From: Bacilli bacterium
GTDB taxonomy: Bacteria > Bacillota_I > Bacilli_A > RF39 > UBA660
Direction of reading: 5' to 3'
Length of the DNA stretch: 64,000 nt
Assembly (NCBI GenBank): GCA_017438635.1
Contig: JAFRUZ010000011.1
Coordinates: 74,357 to 138,356 of the forward strand
The notes beneath the pieces were generated by a model. That model did not search any database and was not told the origin of the DNA. It saw only the letters and a list, made by a program, of their open reading frames with translations. Shown piece by piece: positions 48,583 through 58,679 of this stretch. The first letter of the stretch is position 1. Each line of letters opens with the position of its first letter. A program made the translations under genes and the position numbers.

Positions 48583-49035
48583 TTATACAAATCTTACAAA
48601 AATACTAATTAAAATTAATAATGAATAATATGCATATATTGAAAATGAAAGAAATGAAGATAATATCATAGCTAACATTTCAAATCTTAGTTTTGTGTTT
48701 CTTGGATTCATATCATAGATTTCAATCTCATCGACAATACCTTTATTTAACTTTTCTAAAAAGATATTATATTTATCAATATATATTTTTTCAATTCCTA
48801 AATAACACGCATCAATAATGGCTCCAACTAGTGTAATAGCTATGGTAACCCACCAATAATTGGACATTTTCTCAAGTGCAATCAAAATCATTATAATAAT
48901 GGTGTATATAAGACAAATTGACGACTTTATATTGATACTATGATTACTCATTCTTAAAATATTATTTTGAAGTATTTGCATATAGCTAACAATAGAATTT
49001 TCATTTTTCAATTTCAATATACTCTTATTTATCAA
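48583..49035 (-). CDS. Small 3-TM membrane protein co-operonic with the TIR gene (possible SLATT-type effector)
   Basis: TTG start with RBS GGAGG. TM segments are at about aa 40-57, 64-84 and 120-148. It lies 10 nt upstream of the TIR gene. Confidence 0.45.
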   Translation of the reverse strand: MINKSILKLKNENSIVSYMQILQNNILRMSNHSINIKSSICLIYTIIIMILIALEKMSNYWWVTIAITLVGAIIDACYLGIEKIYIDKYNIFLEKLNKGIVDEIEIYDMNPRNTKLRFEMLAMILSSFLSFSIYAYYSLLILISIFVRFV

Positions 49036-49172
49036 AAATTATTACCTCCTTCCCTTATAAATATTTAATTATATATGTTAACACTATTTTTTATTTTTGC
49101 AAGATTAAAATGCTAAAATGTCATATTTTGGTGATTTTCGGTATTTTTAAATATTCATAAAAAAAAGAGATG

Positions 49173-49853
49173 CTAATCTAGCATTCCTAATTCTTTCATT
49201 TTTTCTTCTCTCAATTTAGATAGAGTTTTATCTCCACCTACTTTTTTCATAAAAGCATATATTTGTATAGCTTTCCATCCAGTTAATTCACATCCGAATT
49301 GATTAAAAGACATTATTTGATCTTTATATCTAATATTTCTACTATCTTCTATAGTAGCTATTTCTTCTGGATGATTAATTAAATATACTTCATCGCCTAT
49401 ATTAATAATACCTTGTTCTATTAACCAATCCATTTTAGGTAATTGAGTAGATTTTCTTTTAGTGGTAGCTTCATCTTCATCTTCCATTTCTTTAGCAGTT
49501 GGTTCTACTAAAACTAAATTATCTTCTAACCCATTAATCTTAGCTATGCAATGTAGCAAATCATATGCATCTTCAGCAGACATTTCAAAAAACTCTCTTT
49601 TCCTTTCTTTACCATCTATATTATCTTTAGCACGTAAAGAAGGATTTAATTTATCTATAATATCATGTACTGTTTTATCTTCTAAACGATGATTAACTTT
49701 ATAATAAGCATATAATCTAAAAGCAAATGGAACTGCTGACTTATCATTTAATTGTTTTAATCTACTATATACATCATCAGCATATCCTATTTTAATATAA
49801 TCCGGAAATGACGGATTTTTTAATATGTAAATATATCCTACTGTATCATTCAT
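49173..49853 (-). CDS. T5orf172 (GIY-YIG-like, MUG113) domain protein with DUF4357-like C-terminus
   Basis: GYIYILKNPSFPDYIKIGYADDVYSRLKQLN motif. It sits immediately downstream of hsdS. Confidence 0.6.
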   Translation of the reverse strand: MNDTVGYIYILKNPSFPDYIKIGYADDVYSRLKQLNDKSAVPFAFRLYAYYKVNHRLEDKTVHDIIDKLNPSLRAKDNIDGKERKREFFEMSAEDAYDLLHCIAKINGLEDNLVLVEPTAKEMEDEDEATTKRKSTQLPKMDWLIEQGIINIGDEVYLINHPEEIATIEDSRNIRYKDQIMSFNQFGCELTGWKAIQIYAFMKKVGGDKTLSKLREEKMKELGMLD

Positions 49854-49857
49854 AATC

Positions 49858-51213
49858 TCAACTCCTATTCATTACTAACCTATCAATATCATTACATAGT
49901 GGTAATAGTTCTTCAATTATATTAATAATTCTTTTTTGTTCTTCTAATGGCGGAATATTAATTTCAAAATTTTCTAAATTCCCAAGTTTTATATAAGGAA
50001 TTGCAGAGCCAAACATTTTATTTTTATTATAATCATTCCAAAATGCGCAAAAGTAATAATATATATATTTTAAAACAATTATATCATCACCATACTTTGG
50101 TGATGCAACATATGTTCTTTGATATGCTTCAAATTTATCCTCACAATAAATAGTTAATCCAACATTAGCACCATTACCTGGTAATATTAAATTTTTACCT
50201 TCAAAAGAATATGTAGGTGCTTTAATTGGAATACTAGCACAAGTATAGAAATCATACAAACCATCTTCAGTTCCATAATTTGCATCTTTTTTTCCAGTAG
50301 TTATGTTCAAGATATCTTTAGATTTAACCCTTAACCAATTTTTTGGTATTTCGTCATAGATAATGTCACTATTGATATCAACTTTTTTATCAACAGGTAT
50401 ATTTGTACCAAGTTTTCCATTCATTAAGTAAACTAGTATTGATGTCTTTATTTTATTAGTAAAATTACTCTTTAATTCATTCAATTCACATTCTATTGGA
50501 TGTATTTCATCTAATTTGCTAAATAATAACTCAACTTTATTGACAATTCTTTTTTGTTCCTCAATCGGAGGAATAGGAATATAAAAATTTCTTAAATAAT
50601 TAAGCGATACAAATTGTTGAACTCCTCCAGAACTTTCTTTTTTCATTTTTACTTGAGAATAAACTAAATAGTAATATAAATACTCATTGTCCAATATATC
50701 TTTATTAGAATTTTTAAATAATGCAACATTTTTAATACAAAAGTCTGGTTCATCCATAATAACAACTGGATTTCCAATACTACCAATCATTGCAAACAAG
50801 ATATCACCAATATCAACTTTTGATCTATTGTTTATTATATCTGCATCATCATTAGAAATATATTTAACATTTTCTTTGTCCAATGTCCCATCAATATTTA
50901 AATTTTTACTAGTAATAAGTGGGACCCCTTGCTTGTGATATTTTGGACTATCATGTGTCCCATCTCTAACATCAATAACATAGTATAATTTACTCCAATA
51001 CCATGTATTAGGTATACAATATGGATAATCTTTTTCTGATGGTAATGTAACCTTTTTATCGAGTTTAACAATCTTTTTTTCTATTAGTTCTGAATGTTTT
51101 TCTTCGAAAATGTTTTTCATTTCCTCAATACTTTTATCAGTGTTTTTGGTTTTACTAAGTTGTCCTGAAAAAGCATAGTTTAAAATAGATATTTTTAATT
51201 CATCAATCATCAT
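49858..51213 (-). CDS. hsdS: Type I restriction-modification specificity subunit HsdS (two target recognition domains)
   Basis: Conserved repeats LEEQKRIVNKVELLFSKLDEI and LEEQKRIINIIEELL flank two variable TRDs. A 4-nt overlap joins it to hsdM. Confidence 0.85.
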   Translation of the reverse strand: MMIDELKISILNYAFSGQLSKTKNTDKSIEEMKNIFEEKHSELIEKKIVKLDKKVTLPSEKDYPYCIPNTWYWSKLYYVIDVRDGTHDSPKYHKQGVPLITSKNLNIDGTLDKENVKYISNDDADIINNRSKVDIGDILFAMIGSIGNPVVIMDEPDFCIKNVALFKNSNKDILDNEYLYYYLVYSQVKMKKESSGGVQQFVSLNYLRNFYIPIPPIEEQKRIVNKVELLFSKLDEIHPIECELNELKSNFTNKIKTSILVYLMNGKLGTNIPVDKKVDINSDIIYDEIPKNWLRVKSKDILNITTGKKDANYGTEDGLYDFYTCASIPIKAPTYSFEGKNLILPGNGANVGLTIYCEDKFEAYQRTYVASPKYGDDIIVLKYIYYYFCAFWNDYNKNKMFGSAIPYIKLGNLENFEINIPPLEEQKRIINIIEELLPLCNDIDRLVMNRS

Positions 51214-52697
51214 TCTATCTCACCAATTAAATTAATTATTTCTTTTAATTTTTTATCTAATTCTTTTTCAAGTTCTTCCCTTTTTGAAACAAAATTATCC
51301 ATAGTTTCTTTTGGTGATAGTATTACCTCTTCTTTTGTTGGATATTCACATTGATCTAAATTGTAATTTAAACCTTCTATGTCTTCAATAGTATATTTTT
51401 TTGATTTCCATGTATCTGTTAAAGATTCAGCACTCTTTTCATCCTTAATTTCAACTCTATTGTTCCACCACTCAATGACTTTATTAAAATGTTTTAGTTC
51501 AACTGGTTTTGTTTTACTAAAGGCTTTATATCCACTTGGTAAATCCATTCTATAATACCAGATTTCTTTGGTTGGACCAGTTTTATCAAAGAACAGAAGA
51601 TTTGTTGCAATTGATGTATATGGAGCAAAAATTGAACCTGGCAATCTTATGATTGTATGTAAATTACAGTCTTCTAATAATTTTTTCTTTATTGCAATTT
51701 TTGTGTTATCTAAACCAAATAAGAAACCATCTGGAAGAACAATTCCTACTCTTCCGTTTTGCTTTAATCTATATAATATTTCAACCATAAATAAATCTGC
51801 TGTTTCCGAATTTCTCAATTCAGATGGAAAATTTTGTTGAATTGATTTCTTTTCTGTTCCACCATATGGAGGATTCATAAGAATAACATCAAAACAATCT
51901 TTGTCTTCATAATCACGAACATTAATTTCTAATGAATTACCTCTGACAATTTGTGGTTCATTTATATCATGTAATAACATGTTTGTTGTACACAATAAGT
52001 ATGGAAGCGATTTTTTTTCAACACCATAAAATGATTTTTGTAACACTTCATTGCTTGATGTGTTACTTACTTCTTCTTTCATGTGATTCAAAGCAGAAAC
52101 CAAAAATCCACCAGTTCCACAAGCAAAATCAGCGATAGATTCTCCAACTTTTGGATTGACCATTTTTACAACAAAATCGGTAACAGCTCTTGGAGTATAG
52201 AACTCTCCAGATTTTCCTGCAGATTGTAAATCTTTTAATATTGTTTCGTATATTTCATTAAACGCATGTCTAACTTTAAAATCAGTTAAATCAATTTCGT
52301 TCAATACATTTACTACTTGTCTGATTAATACACCGTCTTTCATGTAGTTATTTAAATCCGTAAATACTTCCTTAACTAGTTTTCCTCTAACATCAGTATT
52401 TTCATCAACTTCTAAATCTTTTAATGTAGCAAATAATTGGATAATGAATGTTGTCATTTCATCACCAGTTATTGCTTTACCATCTTTATTATCTGGAGCC
52501 CAATTTCTCCATCTATATTCTTCTGGAATTATAGATTTATAATTATCTTTTAATATTTCCCATTCTGACTCTTTTGCGTCGTATAACTTCAAAAATAACA
52601 TCCAGACAATTTGTTCTATTCTTTGTGCATCACCATTAACACCTGCATCTTGTCTCATTATATCTTGAAGTCTTTTTATCATTGTTCCTATATTCAT
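51210..52697 (-). CDS. hsdM: Type I R-M N6-adenine DNA methyltransferase HsdM
   Basis: NPPYGG catalytic motif, an FxGxG-like SAM site (DFACGTGGFL) and an HsdM N-domain. Confidence 0.9.
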   Translation of the reverse strand: MNIGTMIKRLQDIMRQDAGVNGDAQRIEQIVWMLFLKLYDAKESEWEILKDNYKSIIPEEYRWRNWAPDNKDGKAITGDEMTTFIIQLFATLKDLEVDENTDVRGKLVKEVFTDLNNYMKDGVLIRQVVNVLNEIDLTDFKVRHAFNEIYETILKDLQSAGKSGEFYTPRAVTDFVVKMVNPKVGESIADFACGTGGFLVSALNHMKEEVSNTSSNEVLQKSFYGVEKKSLPYLLCTTNMLLHDINEPQIVRGNSLEINVRDYEDKDCFDVILMNPPYGGTEKKSIQQNFPSELRNSETADLFMVEILYRLKQNGRVGIVLPDGFLFGLDNTKIAIKKKLLEDCNLHTIIRLPGSIFAPYTSIATNLLFFDKTGPTKEIWYYRMDLPSGYKAFSKTKPVELKHFNKVIEWWNNRVEIKDEKSAESLTDTWKSKKYTIEDIEGLNYNLDQCEYPTKEEVILSPKETMDNFVSKREELEKELDKKLKEIINLIGEIE

Positions 52698-52708
52698 TAT
52701 TAACCTCC

Positions 52709-55030
52709 CTAACTATATAAAGCATTTTTTATATTAGAAATAACATTAAGATATTTATCTTTACCTCCAAATAAATTTACTATAGGAACTAATCCTCCAA
52801 ATTTATTAAAGTTTTTAACTTCTAATATTCTTATATTTTCTAATTCAATTACATCATGATTTTTATAAGTATTTAATAATTCATCAATAACACTCTTTTG
52901 GGAATCATTATATTCATTTATAAAATCACTATTTTTTACTTTTTCAATTCTTTCATCTTTAGATACTACTTCTTCTCCATAAGCCATATTAGATAGAATA
53001 TCAAAAATATCTATATTATTATTTGCTTTATCATATAAAGCATCTATCATTACACCTTCATTAAATAGACTATTTAGGAAATCTTTTTTAGAATCTGCTC
53101 TATACCATTCTTGTTCAAAATCTTCATATTTTTCATATACTCTTTTTAAATTTTTACCAGAATACTCAACTATAGATTCTGTAATTAATTTACCATCAGC
53201 ATCATAATACTTAACAGTTTCATTTAATATAGATACAGGTACATCTTTTATATAAATCTTTTTAGATTGTCCATCCTCTACATCTCCACTAATTGGTTTT
53301 GGTACTGGAGGATCAACTAGCACACCATAACCTTCACCAGAAATTGATTTATCTCCATTACCTCCATCAACATCAATAACAACTTCAGCTGGCCCATTGA
53401 AGTTAGGATCAGCAAATTTATCTGAATTACTTCTAAAATCCATTATTGTGAAGTAATTTTTGTTTTTGTTAGGTAATAATCTTGTACCTCTACCTATTAT
53501 TTGTTTAAATTCAGTCATGCTTTGTATTTCTTCATCTAAAACAATTAATTTTACTGTCTTTGTATCCACACCAGTAGATAATAATTTAGATGTTGTTGCT
53601 ATAACTGGATAAGCAGTATTGGCATCAATAAAATCATCTAATTTTGCTTTACCAACTACATCATTACTAGTAATTCTAACAATATAATTTGGATTGGCTT
53701 GCATCATATCTTTATTTTCATCTGCAAGGGCATTTCTCATTCTTAAAGCATGTTCAGTATCAACACAGAATACTATAGTTCTAGCCATTCTATCTGTTGA
53801 TTTCATATATTCTGTAATTCTTTTCGCAACTACTTTAGTTCTTTCATCAATTACAATAGTTCTATCAAAATCATGTAAAGTATATTCTTTATCTTCTACT
53901 TCATAACCATCTTCGTCTAATTTACCTCTTTCAGGTCTATAACCTTCAAGATCTTTATCTAAACTAACTTTAACAACTTTATAAGGTGCTAAGAATCCAT
54001 CTTCAATACCTTGTTTTAATGAATAAGTATAAATAGGCTTACCAAAATATGTAATATTAGATACATCTACAGTCTCTTTTGGTGTAGCAGTCATACCTAT
54101 TTGTGTAGCTCCGCTAAAATATGTTAATATTTCATGCCAGTTAGAATCATCTTTAGCACTACTTCTATGACACTCATCAACAATAATTAAATCGAAAAAA
54201 TCTGGCTTAAATTGTTTATAAATTTCTTCTTCATTACTTCTTAATTGATGATATAACGACATATAAATTTCATATGAAGAATCCATATTTCTATGTTCAA
54301 CTTTAGTCATAACCTTTTGGAAAGGTTTAAAATCATTTTGCATAGTTTGATCAATTAATACATTTCTATCTGCTAAATATAATATTTTTTTCATTTTTCC
54401 AGATTTATGTAATCTATGAATTATTTGGAAAGCAGTAAATGTTTTACCCGTACCAGTAGCCATAACTAATAATATTCTCTTTTGACCTTTAGATATGGCC
54501 TCGATAGTTTTGTTAATTGCAATTCTTTGATAATATCTTGGAGTTTTATTAATATCCATAAAATAATATGGTTCTGTAATTAATTCTTCTTGTTCTGGAG
54601 TAATTTCTTTTTCTATTAAATATCTTTCCCATAATTGTTTAGGAGTAGGAAATTCATTTAAAGCAATAGTTCTTTCTTCTCCAGTAATCATATCATGCTC
54701 ATAAAACTCATCACCATTAGATGAGTAAGCAAAAGGAATATCTAAATCTGCAGCATAATCCATACCTTGTTGAATGCCATGAGATGCTAAAACCTTATTG
54801 TCTTTTGCTTCAACAATAGCTATAGGAATATTAGCCTTATATGATAAAAGATAATCAACTTTTTTACCTTTACCTCTTTGAGCAATATTTTCCCTAACAT
54901 TTATTTTACCAGCAGTATAATAATACTCACATCTAATTTGATTTTTAATATCCCACTCAGATTCTTGTAATGCAGGTGTAATAAATTTTAACTTTATATC
55001 TTCTTCAGTTAAGTCTTTTTTATTAATCAT
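52709..55030 (-). CDS. hsdR: Type I R-M restriction endonuclease/helicase HsdR
   Basis: N-terminal PD-(D/E)XK (…IVEAKD…), helicase motif I MATGTGKT and motif II DECHRS. Promoter TGTTATAAT and RBS GGAGTGG lie before MINKKDL. Confidence 0.85.
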   Translation of the reverse strand: MINKKDLTEEDIKLKFITPALQESEWDIKNQIRCEYYYTAGKINVRENIAQRGKGKKVDYLLSYKANIPIAIVEAKDNKVLASHGIQQGMDYAADLDIPFAYSSNGDEFYEHDMITGEERTIALNEFPTPKQLWERYLIEKEITPEQEELITEPYYFMDINKTPRYYQRIAINKTIEAISKGQKRILLVMATGTGKTFTAFQIIHRLHKSGKMKKILYLADRNVLIDQTMQNDFKPFQKVMTKVEHRNMDSSYEIYMSLYHQLRSNEEEIYKQFKPDFFDLIIVDECHRSSAKDDSNWHEILTYFSGATQIGMTATPKETVDVSNITYFGKPIYTYSLKQGIEDGFLAPYKVVKVSLDKDLEGYRPERGKLDEDGYEVEDKEYTLHDFDRTIVIDERTKVVAKRITEYMKSTDRMARTIVFCVDTEHALRMRNALADENKDMMQANPNYIVRITSNDVVGKAKLDDFIDANTAYPVIATTSKLLSTGVDTKTVKLIVLDEEIQSMTEFKQIIGRGTRLLPNKNKNYFTIMDFRSNSDKFADPNFNGPAEVVIDVDGGNGDKSISGEGYGVLVDPPVPKPISGDVEDGQSKKIYIKDVPVSILNETVKYYDADGKLITESIVEYSGKNLKRVYEKYEDFEQEWYRADSKKDFLNSLFNEGVMIDALYDKANNNIDIFDILSNMAYGEEVVSKDERIEKVKNSDFINEYNDSQKSVIDELLNTYKNHDVIELENIRILEVKNFNKFGGLVPIVNLFGGKDKYLNVISNIKNALYS

Positions 55031-55333
55031 AAAACCACTCCAAACCTCATTATCTCTCATTTAACATTATAACATAAATTATGACTATTTTTAATTGTTA
55101 TACGACTTTTTTTGAAATGATTTTGAAATTTTCTATCTTTATGTTACCTTAAATGTGCACTTAGATGAACTGGTGTGAACGCTCTCTCCAAATTGAAGAA
55201 ATTGCTGGAATCTAAATGGTGTCTAAAATAATTAAAAAGCCTTATAAAATAAGGCATTAAAAGGTGTCATTGTGGTATCAGGGGGAAGAGACCAATATTT
55301 ATATGTAAAATCTTTACACAAAAAAAGAAGAAA

Positions 55334-55825
55334 TTAATTTTCTCCTTTTTCATATAAATCATCATCTTCTATTTCTTCCTCTTCTTCATCTAATTGATAT
55401 GGTTCATATCCTTCTTTTTCCATTAATTCTTTTTCCCATGGCATCAAATAATCATCAAGAGTCTTATCCTTTGGTGGTTTTGATTTACCATCTCCTAATA
55501 GATAATTAATTGTATTTAAAGCATTATTTACTTTAATTTTTCTTTCTACTCTTCTTTTTAGTTTTTCAAGTTTTTTTCTTTCTTTTTCTTTCTTAATTCT
55601 TTGTTTTTCTTCTGCAATTCTTTTTTGTTCTTCTCTTTCCAATCTTAATTGTTTTTCTTTAGCGGATTCTAATTTATTTATTTCTACTTCTCCATCTACT
55701 TCTTTATAAACAGTTTCTCCAGTTTTATTATCAATAATTGACATCTCAGTACTAACTAAATCTTCACCACTATTTAAAAGTTCTTCTATTTCTTTTCTTG
55801 CTTTCAATTTTTCTTTATAGTTCAT
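55334..55825 (-). CDS. Coiled-coil K/E-rich hypothetical protein
   Basis: RBS GGTGA before MNYKEK. An intrinsic terminator (AAGCCTTATaaaaTAAGGC) lies downstream at about 55238-55262. Confidence 0.4.
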   Translation of the reverse strand: MNYKEKLKARKEIEELLNSGEDLVSTEMSIIDNKTGETVYKEVDGEVEINKLESAKEKQLRLEREEQKRIAEEKQRIKKEKERKKLEKLKRRVERKIKVNNALNTINYLLGDGKSKPPKDKTLDDYLMPWEKELMEKEGYEPYQLDEEEEEIEDDDLYEKGEN

Positions 55826-55883
55826 AATAATCACCATACTAATTATAACATAAAAAAAGAGATCTTTTTAATCTCTTATACTA

Positions 55884-56333
55884 TTACATATTCTTTACTT
55901 CTTTAAAAAACTTATATAAAAATATACCAGAACCTACAAAAAGAAAACTTCCAAAACAGAACAAAATTATAGAATCTTTTGTTGACCCAATATCAAATTT
56001 ATTATAATCTTTAGGATTATAACTAATTACTTGCTTCTGTCCTATAACAGATTCATCAGCATAAGTAAACGGTAATCCTTTTGCCCTAACTTTTTGACCA
56101 TTATAATCAAATTCATATATTGGTGTATATATATTCGTATCACTATTATATGTTATATCTACTATAGTAGCTGTTGTCTCTACATAAGTTATTGAGCGAA
56201 TTAAAGAAATGCTATTACATGAAACTAAAAAAAATCCTATTAAACATGCAATTATTGAAGATATGATTTTGGGAGTAAATAACGCAAATCCAACACCCTT
56301 AGCTACACCATTCATTGTTTCTTCATTTTCCAT
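55884..56333 (-). CDS. DUF3592-like membrane protein
   Basis: Topology is TM, then a beta-rich extracellular segment, then TM. Confidence 0.4.
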   Translation of the reverse strand: MENEETMNGVAKGVGFALFTPKIISSIIACLIGFFLVSCNSISLIRSITYVETTATIVDITYNSDTNIYTPIYEFDYNGQKVRAKGLPFTYADESVIGQKQVISYNPKDYNKFDIGSTKDSIILFCFGSFLFVGSGIFLYKFFKEVKNM

Positions 56334-56387
56334 ATTACCACTTCCTTTATTAATATTATCTTTGTTTAATTATAACACAAAAAAAAA

Positions 56388-57122
56388 CTATTGTTTAATA
56401 GTTCTTCTCTTCTTTTTTCTTATTTCAAATACATCTATATCATGCATCATAAATCTTATATTATCTATTTCTTTATCTGTATGATAATGTCCACAATACC
56501 ATAGTTTATAATCAGTATTTTCTTCTATTTCATCTAAAAATCTTTCTGTACTTTTATCAACTTTAGAATCATCTATACCACCCATAAACATTTCATATGG
56601 CATATATTTATATGGACATGTATGCGAAAGTATTACATCTACTTTATTATCATGTTCTTTTAATACTTCTCTTACTTTATTTTTTATTTCTTCACTTGGT
56701 TGTTCCGAAGGATACCAATTATAACCCATTTGTAATCTATAAGGTTTATCTACAGAATAAGCTCCACCAATTACTAAAGTACTTAAGCCTTCAAAATCAT
56801 ATATTTCTCCATCTTTAGCAAATAATATATTAGGAAACTCTTCTTCATAATATACTGTTCCATTATGAAACTCTTTTGTTATATATGTATCTATATTTTC
56901 AGGTCTTTCTTCGTGATTACCATGTATACAAAATAAAGTAATTGGAAGTTCTTTTAATTTATTTTTTAATATATAATCTCTTATATCTAAAAAATAATTT
57001 ATACATGCATCTCCAAGAACTATCATAATATCATCTATATCTGTATCATTTTCATAACAATATTCAAATACTCTTTCAAAATTAGCATGCTTATCTCCAG
57101 TAATATAAATCATATTTATCAC
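56388..57122 (-). CDS. Calcineurin-like metallophosphoesterase (Ser/Thr phosphatase family)
   Basis: Motifs GDKHAN, LGDACINY, GNHEER and GHYH. Confidence 0.7.
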   Translation of the reverse strand: MINMIYITGDKHANFERVFEYCYENDTDIDDIMIVLGDACINYFLDIRDYILKNKLKELPITLFCIHGNHEERPENIDTYITKEFHNGTVYYEEEFPNILFAKDGEIYDFEGLSTLVIGGAYSVDKPYRLQMGYNWYPSEQPSEEIKNKVREVLKEHDNKVDVILSHTCPYKYMPYEMFMGGIDDSKVDKSTERFLDEIEENTDYKLWYCGHYHTDKEIDNIRFMMHDIDVFEIRKKKRRTIKQ

Positions 57123-57277
57123 CTTTTGTGATATTATATAACATATTTTTTTTATTTACAAACAAAAACACACTAACTAAAGTGTGTTAATTCTTATTTA
57201 AACATTATTTAAAAATAGTTACAATACTAAAAATATTATCTAATCTGTTTCACTTCTATTCTTAATAAAATAAATAT

Positions 57278-58498
57278 CTATTTAATTTTTGTAAGTTTTA
57301 TTTGAGTATATATCACTAATGATATACATTGTTCATTTGTTATCGTAAATTCTGTAGTATCTCCGGACTCATTTAATTTGATATTTTTTATAGTTGTTGC
57401 TGTGTCCCACCCATCTTCTTTGTGGAGTTTTATTGTTTCAACAAAGAAATGTGCATTTTTTGTTATTGCTTCAACCTTATATTTTCCCGCTGGAATATAA
57501 TATCTTATATACTCTTCGCCATCAAAATTATCCTTTTTTCCATATTTTCCAAGAGTTCCATCTTTTAAAACAATACTATTATTATCAGAGGTTTTGTTAC
57601 TACTTTGTACTTCCTTTCTAGTTACTTCTTTCATTTGACTACCAGATCCAATATATTTTTTACCACCAAGATTAAGATATACTACATCAAAATCATTATT
57701 TTGTTTTTTAAATTCAATAGTAAACTTTTGTTCACCTTCAACCCCTAATGCATTTTTAGCTTGTACTTTGCCAACAATTTGATAAATATTATATCTTCTT
57801 GCATATTCATACTCAGTCCAACTGAAATCCGCAGTTGAAGGATATTTTAAATAGCTTTTAATTTTATCTTCAGCTTTTACTCCTAAAGTTGTTCGAGCAG
57901 AGGAACTAAATAAAAAATTATTTACATTCAATGGTTCGAAGCCATCTAAATATATTTTATCTAAAAATCTATTTCCTATTGTAATACTACTTATATCATC
58001 ATTATCTAAAGCATATAACACAAATTGTTGCCCATGATATACAAAAGTATATCGAGGACCACTATTCCAATCATCGACTTGCTTTAATTGTTTAATTTCT
58101 GAAATATTCATTTTTATTTGTTCACATGCCTTAGAAAAATTGTACTTAAGCTTTTCTCCCGATAGTTCTTCCAAATTGCTACTAATATTATCATTTGATT
58201 TTATAGTATCATTTTTTTCCTCTATCTGCTTATCAGGATCATACTCATTTTCATCAACATCAACAAAAACAACAAGAAGAATCAGAAGCGCAAAACAAAA
58301 AGCAAAAAAACCACCTATAACAAATAACACAATAGCCCAGACAGGTAATCTTTTATTTTTTGCTTTCTTTTCGACACTTGTTGTATTGTAATTATTCATT
58401 GTATTATGTTCATAAATTAATTGTTTACCACAACCAGAACAAAACTTATTATTTGGATCATCATTTTTCGTCCCACAATGTTCACAATAATTAATCAT
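57278..58498 (-). CDS. Zinc-ribbon / single-TM protein with large extracellular region, hypothetical
   Basis: N-terminus CEHCGTKNDDPNNKFCSGCG, followed by a TM helix LPVWAIVLFVIGGFFAFCFALLILLVVFV. Confidence 0.45.
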   Translation of the reverse strand: MINYCEHCGTKNDDPNNKFCSGCGKQLIYEHNTMNNYNTTSVEKKAKNKRLPVWAIVLFVIGGFFAFCFALLILLVVFVDVDENEYDPDKQIEEKNDTIKSNDNISSNLEELSGEKLKYNFSKACEQIKMNISEIKQLKQVDDWNSGPRYTFVYHGQQFVLYALDNDDISSITIGNRFLDKIYLDGFEPLNVNNFLFSSSARTTLGVKAEDKIKSYLKYPSTADFSWTEYEYARRYNIYQIVGKVQAKNALGVEGEQKFTIEFKKQNNDFDVVYLNLGGKKYIGSGSQMKEVTRKEVQSSNKTSDNNSIVLKDGTLGKYGKKDNFDGEEYIRYYIPAGKYKVEAITKNAHFFVETIKLHKEDGWDTATTIKNIKLNESGDTTEFTITNEQCISLVIYTQIKLTKIK

Positions 58499-58679
58499 AT
58501 TTCACACTCCCATACCTTTAATTTCAAGTTCATTATATCAGATTACTTGTTTAAAATCTATAACCAATTATTCTAGATATACTATTATTTTACTACATCA
58601 ATCAATTTCTCATATAATTAATTTGCTATCAAATACTATCTGTTTTTTTATATTAATATGTATAAACCTTTTTTATTTA

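Noticed and set aside
49858-51213. Possible phase-variable hsdS (shufflon)
   Set aside because: Only one hsdS copy is present. There are no inverted partial hsdS copies and no nearby recombinase in the window.
52709-55060. HsdR being truncated (783 aa versus the frequent ~1000 aa)
   Set aside because: All core elements (PD-(D/E)XK, helicase motifs I-VI region, C-terminal helical domain) appear present. Shorter HsdR variants exist, and no frameshift or stop remnants were seen downstream.
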